A stretch of DNA of 64,000 bases from Raineyella sp. (GCF_034933565.1 NZ_JAYFNG010000013.1:6863-70862); one strand, 5' to 3'; positions 47,711 through 57,561 are shown, counted from the stretch's first letter. Numbers and translations are program-made. The notes: generated from the sequence alone by a model not told the origin.

Positions 47711-49711
47711 GTGGCAGGCCGGATCAATGAGGAGGATATCGCCCTGGTGCGGGAGCGCGCCCGGATCGATGACGTGGTGAGTCCGTACGTGACGCTGCGG
47801 CGTGCCGGCGCCGGGTCGCTCAAGGGGTTGTGTCCCTTCCACGACGAGAAGACCCCGAGCTTCCAGGTGACCCCCGCGCGCGGGCTCTACTACTGCTTCG
47901 GCTGCGGCGAGGGCGGGGACGCCATCACCTTCCTGCAGAAGAAGGAGAACCTGTCCTTCGTCGAGGCGGTCGAGCGGCTGGCCGACCAGTTCAACGTGCA
48001 GCTCCGCTACGTCGACGACGGTGGCCGCACCTCCGACTCCGGCAATCGGCGCCGACTCACCGAGGCGAACCGGCTCGCGGCGGAGTTCTTCGCCCACCAG
48101 CTGACCACCCCGGACGCGCTCGAGGGGCGGCGTTTCCTCGACGGCCGCGGCTTCGATCGGCAGGCGGCCGAGCATTTCGGGATCGGCTTCGCGCCGCGCG
48201 GCGGCCGCGACCTGCACAGCTTCCTGCGGCAGCGGGGGTTCCGCGACGAGGAACTGGTGCGGGCCGGCCTGGTCCGGGAGAACGGCGGCTGGGACTTCTT
48301 CCAGGGCCGCCTGATCTGGCCGATCCGCGACGCCGGCGGCGTGGTGCTCGGGTTCGGGGGCCGGCGGCTGTTCGACGACGACCGGTTGCCGGCGAAGTAC
48401 ATCAACACCCCCGAGACCACCGTCTACAAGAAGTCGCACGTGCTGTACGGCCTCGACCTGGCCCGCCAGCCGATCGCGAAGAAGTCCCAGGCGGTGGTCG
48501 TGGAGGGCTACACCGATGTGATGGCGGCGCACCTGTCCGGGGTCGACACCGCGGTCGCGTCCTGCGGCACGGCGTTCGGCGACGACCACGCCCGGATCCT
48601 GCAGCGGTTGATCGGTCAGACCTCGGCCACCCAGGGCGAGGTGGTCTTCACCTTCGACGGCGATGCGGCCGGGCAGGCAGCGGCGCTGAAGGTCTTCCGG
48701 GGCGACGAGAATTTCATCACCCAGACGTACGTCGCGGTGGAGCCGCACGGCTGGGACCCGTGCGACCTGCGGATCAACGAGGGTGATGCGGCGGTGCGGG
48801 AGCTGATCGGCCGCCGGGTGCCGCTGTACCGCTTCGTGATGGACAACGTGATCGCCGAGTACGACCTGGATCGCGCCGACGGGCGGCTGGCGGCGCTGCG
48901 GGCCGCGGCCCCGCTGGTCGCCGCCATCCGGGACCGTTCCCTGGTGGCGGCGTACGTCCACGAGCTGGCCGGGCTGCTCGGGATGGACGTCGAGGAGGTC
49001 CGCCGGGAGGTCGCCCGGGCCGAACGCGGCGGGCAGGGCGCTCGGGGTGGCCGCGGTGACCAGGGCAGCCCCGGCGGTAGGGCCCAGCAGGGCGGCCGGG
49101 CCCAGCAGGGCGGCCGCGGCGGGGCGCGCGATGCCGGCCCCGCCGAGCCGGCGGTCGGCGCCGACCAGCTCCAGCCGGCCCCCGCGGCGGCGACGCTGCT
49201 GCCGCTGCCCGACCCGCGCGACCCGGCGCTGGTGATCGAGCGGGGCACGGTCCAGTTGCTGGTCCAGGTGCCGTGGACGTTCAGCGTCGACTGGGGCGGG
49301 CTGGAGTCGGACGATTTCGTGCACCCGGCCTATCGGCGGATCGCCCAGACCGCGCGCCTGGTGTTCGCGATGTACGGGGAGCCGGCCGGGGTGCTGCCGG
49401 AGGGCTTCGACACGACCACCTGGATGCAGCTGATCCGGGAGGGCTGCGACGACGCCAACGCCGAGCAGGTGCTGATCGCCCTGTCGGTCGAGCCGCTGTT
49501 GCGTGATCCGGATCCTCTCTATGCCGACGCGTACGCGGCCCGGCTGCAGCTGCAGCGGGTGAACGAGGCGATCGCCACCCTCAAGGGCCGGATGCAGCGC
49601 ACCAACCCGCTCGAGCACGCCGAGGAGCACCGGCAGATGTTCACCGACCTGCTGGCCTGGGAGACGGCCCGCAAGGACCTGCAGGCGCGATCGGTGGCCG
49701 TGCCGGACTGA
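47711..49711 (+). CDS. dnaG: DNA primase
   Basis: It has a zinc-finger region (CPFHDEKTPSFQV...YYCFGCGEGGD) and a TOPRIM domain (VVVEGYTDV). Confidence 0.96.
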   Translation: MAGRINEEDIALVRERARIDDVVSPYVTLRRAGAGSLKGLCPFHDEKTPSFQVTPARGLYYCFGCGEGGDAITFLQKKENLSFVEAVERLADQFNVQLRYVDDGGRTSDSGNRRRLTEANRLAAEFFAHQLTTPDALEGRRFLDGRGFDRQAAEHFGIGFAPRGGRDLHSFLRQRGFRDEELVRAGLVRENGGWDFFQGRLIWPIRDAGGVVLGFGGRRLFDDDRLPAKYINTPETTVYKKSHVLYGLDLARQPIAKKSQAVVVEGYTDVMAAHLSGVDTAVASCGTAFGDDHARILQRLIGQTSATQGEVVFTFDGDAAGQAAALKVFRGDENFITQTYVAVEPHGWDPCDLRINEGDAAVRELIGRRVPLYRFVMDNVIAEYDLDRADGRLAALRAAAPLVAAIRDRSLVAAYVHELAGLLGMDVEEVRREVARAERGGQGARGGRGDQGSPGGRAQQGGRAQQGGRGGARDAGPAEPAVGADQLQPAPAAATLLPLPDPRDPALVIERGTVQLLVQVPWTFSVDWGGLESDDFVHPAYRRIAQTARLVFAMYGEPAGVLPEGFDTTTWMQLIREGCDDANAEQVLIALSVEPLLRDPDPLYADAYAARLQLQRVNEAIATLKGRMQRTNPLEHAEEHRQMFTDLLAWETARKDLQARSVAVPD

Positions 49712-49771
49712 GTGGTCCTGCCGGACTGATCCGTCCACAGGGGGAATGGGCCCGGCCCGATCCGTCCACAG
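49701..49771. repeat. two pairs of direct repeats immediately after dnaG, the first containing its stop
   Basis: TGCCGGACTGA occurs at 49701-49711 (real stop) and 49719-49729. GATCCGTCCACAG occurs at 49728-49740 and 49759-49771. Confidence 0.85.
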
Positions 49772-49821
49772 CCGACGGTCGAGCGGGGACGACACGCCGG
49801 GCACGGCCGGAGGCTGGGGCC

Positions 49822-50559
49822 ATGAGCTACCTGCGCACCGACGAACCACGACTCTCCGCCGACGAGGAACGCGACCTGGCCCGCGCGATCGAGGCCGGGG
49901 TGATCGCCCGCCATCTGCTCGACGCCGGCGGGCCGTGCCTGCAGGCCGGGCCGGACGAGCTCCGGGCCGTGGTCGACCTGGGCACTCGGGCCCGCGCCCG
50001 CTTCCTGGCCGCCAACATCGGACTGGTGGTGCACCTCGTCCGCCGTGACGCCGGCCCCTCGGTCGCGGAGCGGGACGACCTGGTCCAGGAGGGATGTCTC
50101 GGTCTGGCGGAGGCGCTCGAGACCTTCGACTGGGCCAGGGGGACGCGGTTCTCGACCTGGGCCGTGCCGTACGTCCGGCACCGCATCGCCGAGGCCCGTC
50201 GGCTCGAACGGGGCGGCATCCGGATCCCGGTCCGGCGTCTGCGGGCGGCCGCGGCCGCAGGCGAGCAGGTGGTGAGCACCGCGTCCATCCATGGGGACGA
50301 GGAGCTGGAGGCGACCTGGTGGCGCGACGACACGACCGACCCCGACGACGGTCCCGGCCGCGAGGAGCTGGTCCAGGGCTGGCGGGGGCTCAGCCGCGAG
50401 CAGCAGGCCGTGCTGGCCCACCGGTACGGCCTGGTCGATGACGCCGCCAGGACCCAGGTCGCCACTGCGGCCGCGCTGGGGCTGCCGGTGAAACGGGTCC
50501 GGGCCACCGAGGAGGCGGCCCTGGCCCACCTGCGCGAGGTCTGCCTGGCGGGGCGCTGA
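49822..50559 (+). CDS. sigma-70 family RNA polymerase sigma factor
   Basis: Region 2 reads DLVQEGCLGLAEALETFDWARGTRFSTWAVPYVRHRI. Region 4 reads LSREQQAVLAHRYGL...TQVATAAALGLPVKRVRATE. Confidence 0.85.
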   Translation: MSYLRTDEPRLSADEERDLARAIEAGVIARHLLDAGGPCLQAGPDELRAVVDLGTRARARFLAANIGLVVHLVRRDAGPSVAERDDLVQEGCLGLAEALETFDWARGTRFSTWAVPYVRHRIAEARRLERGGIRIPVRRLRAAAAAGEQVVSTASIHGDEELEATWWRDDTTDPDDGPGREELVQGWRGLSREQQAVLAHRYGLVDDAARTQVATAAALGLPVKRVRATEEAALAHLREVCLAGR

Positions 50560-50709
50560 CCGCCCGGCTCGGTGGCGTGGGCGGGTCGGGCTCGGTGGCC
50601 GGTGCTGATCCGCTCCTGTTCGTCGTTCCCGACGCTGCGCGTAGGTTGCGCGCGCTGGAAACGAAGAACGCCCCGACAGGGTGTTCACCCTTGTCAGAGC
50701 GTGTTTTCG

Positions 50710-50785
50710 TGGCTCCCCCGACTGGACTCGAACCAGTAACCCTTCGATTAACAGTCGAATGCTCTGCCAATTGAGCTACGGAGGA
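50710..50785 (-). tRNA. tRNA-Asn (GTT)
   Basis: I folded the cloverleaf by hand. The acceptor stem is TCCTCCG/CGGGGGA, the D stem GCTC/GAGC, the anticodon stem TTCGA/TCGAA with loop CTGTTAA, and the T stem ACTGG/CCAGT. The CCA end is encoded. Confidence 0.93.
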
Positions 50786-50946
50786 TCAGGCACCTGCAGG
50801 CGCTGGCGCCGAGAAAGAACATTAGCATCGGATGCCCGAGGCACCAAATCGAGGCCGTCCGCCGCAGGGTCGTTACCCGCGTACGGGTCGTTCATCGACG
50901 ATGCACCCGGTGACCGGCGAGGTGCTCAGTCGTCCCCCCACGGCGT

Positions 50947-51531
50947 TCACCCACCGTACGGGTCATAGTCGGCCTTCAGCTCGGCGAGCGCGGCTTCCGC
51001 GGCCTCCCGCGCACCGGGGTCGGACCAGCGGGTGCCCTTGTTGAGTGAGGCATGCCACTCGAGCACGGCCCCGCCGGTGCCGAGGACGCGGCGTCCCACG
51101 ACGATCACGCCGTTCTTCGTACCGGGCACCGGCACCTGGCGGCGGACCATGATGCTGGCCTCGACCCGTTCCCTGAACAGCTCGGGCAGGCTGCCCGGCT
51201 CCTCGAGGGGCAGCGCGCCCCGACCACCGTCGTAGTCGATCCAGGTCAGGCGGCGCTCGTCCTTGTCCCAGCCGCCGCGGACGATGCGGTGCCAGGCCAG
51301 CACCTGCCAGCCGGTGCCGTCGTCGTACACGAGGTGGCCGGGGAAGCCGAGCGCATAGTGCTCACCGCGCCGTCCCCAGGCCAGCATCCGCGTGCCGTCC
51401 GGGCCCACCGGGCTGACCGTGCCGTCCGGACCCAGCGGGCCGCTCTGCTCCGACACTCCGGCGGAGGCCACCAGCGCTTCGGCGGCGGCCCGACGCACCT
51501 GTGCGGGGAGCGTCTCGCGTCGCCACTTCAT
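50947..51531 (-). CDS. conserved hypothetical protein (translationally coupled to otsA)
   Basis: The 194-aa product has coding-like composition and overlaps the otsA stop by 4 nt. I recognise no motif. Confidence 0.7.
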   Translation of the reverse strand: MKWRRETLPAQVRRAAAEALVASAGVSEQSGPLGPDGTVSPVGPDGTRMLAWGRRGEHYALGFPGHLVYDDGTGWQVLAWHRIVRGGWDKDERRLTWIDYDGGRGALPLEEPGSLPELFRERVEASIMVRRQVPVPGTKNGVIVVGRRVLGTGGAVLEWHASLNKGTRWSDPGAREAAEAALAELKADYDPYGG

Positions 51532-52973
51532 GCCTGGGGGTCCGTCGAGGTCGTCTGCGGGGCCGGCACCGCGGCCAGATCGTCGAGGAACGACGCGGCC
51601 CAGGCCTCGATGTCGTGGGTGAAGACCTGCCGGCGCAGGGCGCGCATCCGTCGGCGCTTGTTCTGGACGGTGTCGTTCATCGCCAGGGTCATCCCGTGTT
51701 TCATGCTGTTGATGTCGTACGGGTTGATCATGTACGCCTGCCGCAGCTCACCCGCCGCGCCGGCGAACTCGCTGAGCACCAGCGCCCCGTCGGTGCCGCT
51801 GCGGCAGGCCACGTACTCCTTGCAGACCAGGTTCATCCCGTCCCGCAGCGGGGTCACCACGCACACGTCCGCGGTCGTGTACATGGCGGCCATCTCGGTC
51901 CGGGGGACGGAGGTGTGCAGGTAGGTGATCGCCGGGCGGCGCAGGTCGCCCAGGTCGCCGTTGATCCGCCCGACGAGCATGTTGACCTCGTCGCGCAGCC
52001 GCTTGTACTCCTCGACCCGCTCCCGCGACGGGGTGGCCACCTGCAGGAAGGCGGCCTTGCGCGGATCGATGACGCCCTCGGCGAGCAGCTCGCCGTAGGC
52101 CCGCAGCCGGTGGTAGATGCCCTTGGTGTAGTCCAGCCGGTCGACGCCGAGGAAGAGCACCTCCGGGTCGCCCAGCTCGTGACGCAGCTCGCGGGCCCGG
52201 TCCTGCACCGGCCGGGAGCGGGCGAGGGCCTCGAACCCCTTGGCGTCGATGGAGATCGGATACGCCTTCGCCCGGGTGGAGCGTCCGCTGGGCAGGGTGA
52301 CGACCTCGCGGTGGGTCTCCATCTTCATCCGGTGCCGGCAGATCCGGGTGAAGTTCTGCGCCCCGCCGGGGGTCTGGAACCCGATGATGTCGGCCCCGAG
52401 CAGACCCTCGATGATCTGCCGGCGCCAGGGCAGCTGCTGGAACAGCTCGACCGGGGGGAACGGGATGTGCAGGAAGAACCCGATCCGCAGGTCCGGTCGG
52501 CGCCGGCGGAGCATCTGCGGCACCAACTGGAGCTGGTAGTCCTGCACCCAGACGGTGGCCCCCGGCGCGGCCACCTGCGCCGCTGCCTCGGCGAACCGCT
52601 CGTTGACGGCGTGGTACGCGTCCCACCACTCCCGGTGGTACTCCGGCTTGGCCACCACGTCGTGGTACAGCGGCCACAGGGTGCCGTTGGAGAAGCCCTC
52701 GTAGTAGTCCTCGATCTCCGCGGCGCTGAGCGGCACCGGGACGAGGTGGTAGCTGTCGTAGTCGAACGGGTCGAGCGTCTCGTCGGGCGCGCCGACCCAG
52801 CCGACCCAGGCGCCGTGCCGCTCCTGCATGACCGGCTCCATGGCGGTGACCAGACCGCCGGGTGATGTACGCCATGATGTGGTGCCGTCAGCGTCGGTCG
52901 TCCGGTCGACCGGGAGCCGGTTCGCGACGACGACGAAATCGGCCTGATCGTACTGCGGTGCTTCTTCTGACAT
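51528..52973 (-). CDS. otsA: alpha,alpha-trehalose-phosphate synthase
   Basis: It contains FVVVANRLPVD...GGLVTAM...VWVQDYQLQLVP...FFLHIPFPP, the GT20 family pattern. Confidence 0.96.
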   Translation of the reverse strand: MSEEAPQYDQADFVVVANRLPVDRTTDADGTTSWRTSPGGLVTAMEPVMQERHGAWVGWVGAPDETLDPFDYDSYHLVPVPLSAAEIEDYYEGFSNGTLWPLYHDVVAKPEYHREWWDAYHAVNERFAEAAAQVAAPGATVWVQDYQLQLVPQMLRRRRPDLRIGFFLHIPFPPVELFQQLPWRRQIIEGLLGADIIGFQTPGGAQNFTRICRHRMKMETHREVVTLPSGRSTRAKAYPISIDAKGFEALARSRPVQDRARELRHELGDPEVLFLGVDRLDYTKGIYHRLRAYGELLAEGVIDPRKAAFLQVATPSRERVEEYKRLRDEVNMLVGRINGDLGDLRRPAITYLHTSVPRTEMAAMYTTADVCVVTPLRDGMNLVCKEYVACRSGTDGALVLSEFAGAAGELRQAYMINPYDINSMKHGMTLAMNDTVQNKRRRMRALRRQVFTHDIEAWAASFLDDLAAVPAPQTTSTDPQA

Positions 52974-53028
52974 GTGCGATCAACCTCCCGTCTGTGCCCC
53001 CAATCTATCCCGTGCCACAGTGGGGCCC

Positions 53029-53853
53029 ATGGACAAGCTGGACGCGGTGCTCGCTGCCCCGGACCGTACGGTCCTCGCTCTCGACTTCGACGGCACGCTC
53101 TCGCCGATCGTTCCCGACCCCGACCGGGCGTACGCCCATCCGGCCTCGATCGCCGCACTGCGGCGGATCGCGCCGCATCTGCTGCAGGTTGCGGTGGTCA
53201 CCGGCCGGCCCGTGGCCAAGGCGATCGAACTGGGCGGGCTGGCCGCCGGTGCGGGCCTGGAGCACCTGGTCGTGATGGGCCAGTACGGCATCGAGGTGTG
53301 GGCGGCGGCCAGCGGTGAGGTCGTCGCGCCGCCGGTGCCCGCCGCGATCGTGTCGGTGAAGGCGGCCCTGCCGGCCCTGCTGGCCCGTGCCGGCCACCCC
53401 GACGCCTGGCTCGAGGACAAGGGACGGGCGGTCGCGGTGCACACCCGGCGGCTGGCCGACCCGGAGGGGGCCTTCGCGGACCTGGCCGGCCCGGTGCAGG
53501 CACTCGCCGCGGAGTACGGGCTGCAGTTGGAGCCGGGCAAGAACGTGCTGGAGATCCGGGCGGGCGGCTTCGACAAGGGGGATGCGGTGCGGGCCCTGGC
53601 GGCCCGGCTCGATCCCGCGATCTTCGTCTATGCGGGCGACGACCTGGGCGACATCGCCGCGTACGACGCCGTGGCCGCGCTCCGGGACCGGGGCTGCACG
53701 CCGGTGCTGGTCTTCCCCCGGATGCCCGGCGAGGACAGTCCGCTCGCGCAGCGCGCGGACATCATCCTGGCCGGGACCGACGGGATGGCCGAGTGGCTGA
53801 CCGCGCTGGCCGATCGGCTGGAGGCCGCCGGGACGCCGTCCTCGACCCCCTAG
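53029..53853 (+). CDS. otsB: trehalose-phosphatase
   Basis: It has the HAD motif I (LALDFDGTLSPIV) and YAGDDLGD. The gene is divergent from otsA. Confidence 0.9.
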   Translation: MDKLDAVLAAPDRTVLALDFDGTLSPIVPDPDRAYAHPASIAALRRIAPHLLQVAVVTGRPVAKAIELGGLAAGAGLEHLVVMGQYGIEVWAAASGEVVAPPVPAAIVSVKAALPALLARAGHPDAWLEDKGRAVAVHTRRLADPEGAFADLAGPVQALAAEYGLQLEPGKNVLEIRAGGFDKGDAVRALAARLDPAIFVYAGDDLGDIAAYDAVAALRDRGCTPVLVFPRMPGEDSPLAQRADIILAGTDGMAEWLTALADRLEAAGTPSSTP

Positions 53854-53865
53854 AATCGTGGGGAC

Positions 53866-53942
53866 GTGCCAGTAGCTCAGCCGGTCAGAGCAGCGGACTC
53901 ATAATCCGTCGGTCGTGGGTTCAAGCCCCACCTGGCGCACCA
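53866..53942 (+). tRNA. tRNA with CAT anticodon (elongator Met, or Ile2 if lysidine-modified)
   Basis: I folded the cloverleaf by hand. The acceptor stem is GTGCCAG/CTGGCGC, the D stem GCTC/GAGC, the anticodon loop CTCATAA and the T stem GTGGG/CCCAC. The CCA end is encoded. It lacks the initiator features. Confidence 0.9.
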
Positions 53943-54278
53943 TCGTCCGGTCAGGACAGGTCGCTGCACCTCGTCGCTGCGGCGGCCCGGGGCCCTCGGA
54001 GGTCAGTGCTGCGTTAGCGCTGGAAGCAGGAGGGGGCTTTCTTGGTGAGCAGATACCTTGAGCAGTTCCAGTCTGTTCCAGCCAACCTCGGGAGACACTC
54101 CCTTCATGTCACAGATCAGACAGATCAGCTCGTGGCGTCACACTGAACTTGTCTGGTCTGTACACCTAGCAGTCACCAACGACCCCGTCAATGTCTTGAC
54201 CTCGACGGGAATTTCGGCTGGGGCAGTGTCTGGAACGCCACCAAGAACTTCGTCAAAGACAACTGGCAAGGGATCCTG

Positions 54279-54731
54279 GTGGGTGTTGCGGTTGGCGCAG
54301 TTTGTGGAGCAACCATGGGGATCGATTGTGCAGTCGTCGCTGGTGCATTATTTGGGGCGGCTCTTGGTGGAGCTGTCTATGCCGTGAGCGTGCGGGGCAA
54401 AGTTACTTCGAGCGGGATGCTTCGGGCTATGACTGGTGGGGCAGTCAGTGGCGCCTTGACCCGATCTGGAATTGGAAGGGTCGGAGGCAGTCTCAGCCGC
54501 GCTGTAAACAGGAGATTCACTAAAAACGCTCTGGAAAAGGTTTCTGAAAGGGGCGGTTCGAGGGTGCATGCCTTAATTGCTCGACGTTTTGGGAGATATG
54601 AGGGCTTGAGGGTTGACGATAAGCGAAGGTGGTCATACGTACGTTCCACGCGGCATACAACTTTTGCAATAAATAGTCAAAATAAGATAATCACCTATGT
54701 AAGGAAGGTGAAGAAGCGGTGGAGACTGTAG
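54279..54731 (+). CDS. putative polymorphic-toxin C-terminal module (Gly-zipper hydrophobic region + basic C-terminal domain)
   Basis: The region is lower in G+C than the backbone. The product reads GVAVGAVCGATMGIDCAVVAGALFGAALGGAVYAV...RRFTKNALEKVSERGGSRVHALIARRFG...YVRKVKKRWRL. The same frame stays open upstream to 54018 apart from one TGA at 54144. Confidence 0.45.
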   Translation: MGVAVGAVCGATMGIDCAVVAGALFGAALGGAVYAVSVRGKVTSSGMLRAMTGGAVSGALTRSGIGRVGGSLSRAVNRRFTKNALEKVSERGGSRVHALIARRFGRYEGLRVDDKRRWSYVRSTRHTTFAINSQNKIITYVRKVKKRWRL

Positions 54732-55000
54732 GCGGCTGCGTAAAGATGGTGTCTGAAATCCTTTACAATGGGATATTGGGTGAGACTTGTCCGGAGTACC
54801 CCCGCGACGAGTATGATGGTGAGGCTCGCCTGCTTGTCGATGAAGTGCTCCGCCGAAGCGTCGCAGGCAGAGTTTCCACAATGGATATATCCGATATACT
54901 GGCCTCCATTTTCACAGATAGCTTTGATGTGAAATATGAGGCCTATGAATTCGAGGATCTGGCACGGTTGATCCATTTGGCTTTACATGCATGTACTTGA
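54719..55000 (+). CDS. putative cognate immunity protein (small, acidic)
   Basis: The gene overlaps or abuts the toxin-like ORF stop. Its 84-93-aa acidic product reads MVSEILYNGILGETCPEYPRDEYDGEARLLVDEVL. The G+C content is low, and the start is either 54719 or 54746. Confidence 0.45.
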   Translation: METVGGCVKMVSEILYNGILGETCPEYPRDEYDGEARLLVDEVLRRSVAGRVSTMDISDILASIFTDSFDVKYEAYEFEDLARLIHLALHACT

Positions 55001-55043
55001 CACCGCCGCGGCGCGCTGATGCGGATTTCACTCTTTATATGAC

Positions 55044-55199
55044 GCCTGCCGGGGGACGGAGACGGCTGATGTTGCGCAGTACATCAGGCCCGGCTACGGC
55101 CTGACCACCAGTGCGACCGGCTACGACGCTCAGGCGGGCAACGTCACGAGCACGACGCAGTATGCGAATCCGGCGTACGGGCAGGTCACCAGCACCTGA
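55044..55199 (+). pseudogene. YD/Rhs-repeat-like gene fragment truncated by IS insertion
   Basis: The translation is ...YIRPGYGLTTSATGYDAQAGNVTSTTQYANPAYGQVTST, ending at the TGA that begins the IS3-type end. Confidence 0.4.
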
Positions 55200-55808
55200 A
55201 CCGTCCCGGGTTTGATGCCGCTTCCTTTCGAGTTGGAAGGATGGCGTTCTGCCGAAGAAGATTGATCCTGAGGTGCGTGAGCGGGCTGTGAGGCTGGTGC
55301 TGGAGCATCGGGCGGAGTATCCGTCGATGGCGAAGGTGATCGCGGCCGTCGCCTGTCAGGAGGGCGTGGGGGCGGAGTTGTTGCGGCGGTGGGTTGTGCA
55401 GGCCGAGATCGATGCGGAGGATGACCCCGGAGGGCTTGTACGGGCGTAAGAAGATGACTGCGTTGATCCGCCGCACTACGATCGCCGACGCGTCCCGTGG
55501 CGCGGTGGACCGGGCGATGCGGGCCCTGGGACGTGTCCGGGATCCCCCGCGCCAAGGCGATCCGCACGGCCATCCGGCCAAAGATGGGATCCGTGCCGGG
55601 GATCTGCTGAATCGGGACTTCACTGCGCCGCGCCCGGATCACACCGGGGTGACCGACTTCACCTACGTCCGCACGTGGGCGGGCTGGGTGTATGTCGCGT
55701 TCATCCTCGACGTGTACTCCCAACGCATCGTGGCCTGGCACGCCCACACCAGCAAACACGTCGGCCTGGTCATGATCCCACTTCGGATGGCACTGTGGGG
55801 GCGCGACC
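55197..55808 (+). mobile_element. IS3-family element remnant (internally deleted, frameshifted, 3'-truncated)
   Basis: The end begins with TGAACCGTCCCGGG. The OrfA-like segment reads LPKKIDPEVRERAVRLVLEHRAEYPS...LLRRWVVQAEIDAE. The OrfB-like segment reads YGRKKMTALIRR...AGDLLNRDFTAPRPDHTGVTDFTYVRTWAGWVYVAFILDVYSQRIVAW and breaks off after LRMALWGRDR. Confidence 0.75.
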
Positions 55809-55904
55809 GAAAACATCAACGGCCTACTGCGCCAGTACTTCCCCAAGGCACCGACCTGTCCCGGTGGTCCGCCGACGACCTCGAAGCCGTCGCCCTGGCA
55901 CTAA
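55809..55904 (+). pseudogene. IS30-family transposase C-terminal remnant, part 1
   Basis: The translation is ENINGLLRQYFPK(frameshift)GTDLSRWSADDLEAVALAL, interrupted at the CTAA target site. Confidence 0.7.
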
Positions 55905-57561
55905 CCCCGGTCTTTCATGAGTGTCGGTGAGGCGAGGTCATGCGATGTCGTCGTCCCCGCCGGTGGTCGGTGTGGTGTGGGGGCATGGTGAAGGGCCGGC
56001 TGGCGCTGCCGGGCTGCGGTTCTCCGGGGTCCTCGTGTCGTGGTTGCTCGTGGTCAGGCAGATTGTGGGATCGCGCTGATCTTCGCGAACACGGCCACGA
56101 CAGCGCCGGCCCATGGCCAGGTTTCCGGGATCCGTAGGTGGCGTCGTCGGGCGCCGTGAGTGAGTCGGGCCGGGACGTGCAGCAGCCGGTAGCGCAACGC
56201 TTTCGGCTCGCAGCCGGCCAGCGCGGCGGCCTCGCCGGTGAGAGCAAGCAGGCGGGTCCAGGCGATCAGGTCCGCAGCGATCTGGACCAGTACCAGCCAG
56301 GCCTGGTTGATACCGAACTCCCTGGACGGGAAGCGCCCCAGGCCGGAGTCCTTGGCATGACGGATCCGGTCCTCGACCCGGGCATGGGCGCGGTGACGCG
56401 CCTCCAGGAACGCGAGCTGACCGCTACCGGTGTTGGTGACGAACGCCTGGTAGCGCCACCCGTCATGGGTCTCGAACAACGACAGCTGCGCCCCCGGGTG
56501 CGGGCGCTCGCGGCGCACGATCACCCGCATCCGGTCCGGCCACCCCGACAGATCCAACAGTCCGGTCAGCTCGGCCACGTCCCCGCCCTCCCGGATGGCC
56601 CCGTCGGCATCCAGCGCCGACGACCACGCCTGGTCAGGCAGCAGGGTGATGGCGTCCTGGACCTGACCGGTGAGTGCGAACCCGACCGAGTACTCCAGCT
56701 GACGGCCGCGGACCTGTCCCTGGGCGGTGAGCCAGTCCAGCAGGGCGTGGGAGGCGCCGGCCCCGTCGGATCGCACCAGCAGTCGCTTGCGACGGGCGGC
56801 GGGGACCTGAGCGATCGCCTCGGTCAGCACCTCGATGTGGTCGACGGCAGTGTTCGAGCCGGCGTTGCCGGGACGCAGCTTGGCGGCGAGGAACTCGGTG
56901 GTGTTGTCGCACCAGACACCGATCGGATGGAACCCGAACGTCCGCTTGAACGTCGGCGCCGCCTGCTCCTTCTCGCTGTGAGCGATCACGACGGTCGCAT
57001 CCACGTCCAACACCACCACCTCGCCCAGGTCGGCTCCCGCTACCCGGCTCGCCGGCACCCTCTCGAGCTGGGACCACACCTGGCGACGGACCCTGGCCCG
57101 AGCGGCCTGGATCTTCTTGCGCCGGCCCGCGGTGATCTCGTCCAGTGCCCGCCACACCGTCGCCGGTGAGGCCACCGGCCCCAGCACCCCGGACTGGTGA
57201 CGCAGTACATCGATGTCAGCGATCGCCTCCCCGCCATCGGCCAGCATCACCGCCACATCGGCCAGCACTCGGCCCCGGTCATGAACGGGCAGGAACGACC
57301 GCCTCGCCATCGCCATCGACAGGGCCCGGGTCAGACCGGTCCGGTCCGTCAACAGCCGTAGCGCGATGCTGCCCGCATGGGCCACCACGCCCACACCATC
57401 GCCGGAGACCGTCAGGCCGGTGGACCATCCAGTACCCTTCACCTACGGAGTGCCTTCCGCTGGGAGATCTTGAGTCGTCGCAAACCCAAGTTTCCCCTAG
57501 TGGACAGGCACTCCTCTGCATCTACCAGTCGGCGGACCCACCGTCCCATGAATGATCCGGG
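55905..57561 (-). mobile_element. intact IS1380-family insertion sequence
   Basis: The 1657-bp element is flanked by a 4-bp direct duplication, CTAA (55901-55904 and 57562-57565). It has imperfect terminal inverted repeats, CCCCGGTCTTTCATGAG and the reverse complement CCCGGATCATTCATGGG, and carries a single transposase ORF. Confidence 0.85.
56054..57442 (-). CDS. IS1380-family transposase
   Basis: The 462-aa product begins MKGTGWSTGLTVSGDGVGVVAHAGSIALRLLTDRTGLTRAL and contains IADIDVLRHQ. Overall it fits the IS1380 transposase pattern. Confidence 0.9.
   Translation of the reverse strand: MKGTGWSTGLTVSGDGVGVVAHAGSIALRLLTDRTGLTRALSMAMARRSFLPVHDRGRVLADVAVMLADGGEAIADIDVLRHQSGVLGPVASPATVWRALDEITAGRRKKIQAARARVRRQVWSQLERVPASRVAGADLGEVVVLDVDATVVIAHSEKEQAAPTFKRTFGFHPIGVWCDNTTEFLAAKLRPGNAGSNTAVDHIEVLTEAIAQVPAARRKRLLVRSDGAGASHALLDWLTAQGQVRGRQLEYSVGFALTGQVQDAITLLPDQAWSSALDADGAIREGGDVAELTGLLDLSGWPDRMRVIVRRERPHPGAQLSLFETHDGWRYQAFVTNTGSGQLAFLEARHRAHARVEDRIRHAKDSGLGRFPSREFGINQAWLVLVQIAADLIAWTRLLALTGEAAALAGCEPKALRYRLLHVPARLTHGARRRHLRIPETWPWAGAVVAVFAKISAIPQSA

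Noticed and set aside
46160-49849. A 1229-aa minus-strand ORF spanning htrA and the whole of dnaG.
   Set aside because: Only the 3' third (46160-47581) is HtrA, with its own RBS and ATG. The remainder is antisense to dnaG and has no protein-like features.
53866-54280. An active integrative element (integrase plus attL/attR) at tRNA-Met.
   Set aside because: No integrase-like ORF follows the tRNA, and I could not find a second copy of the tRNA 3' segment downstream. I treat the region as a degraded island instead.
54058-54387. A 109-aa plus-strand ORF overlapping the start of the toxin-like gene.
   Set aside because: It is out of frame with the Gly-zipper/toxin frame, which has the more protein-like translation, and it has no RBS.
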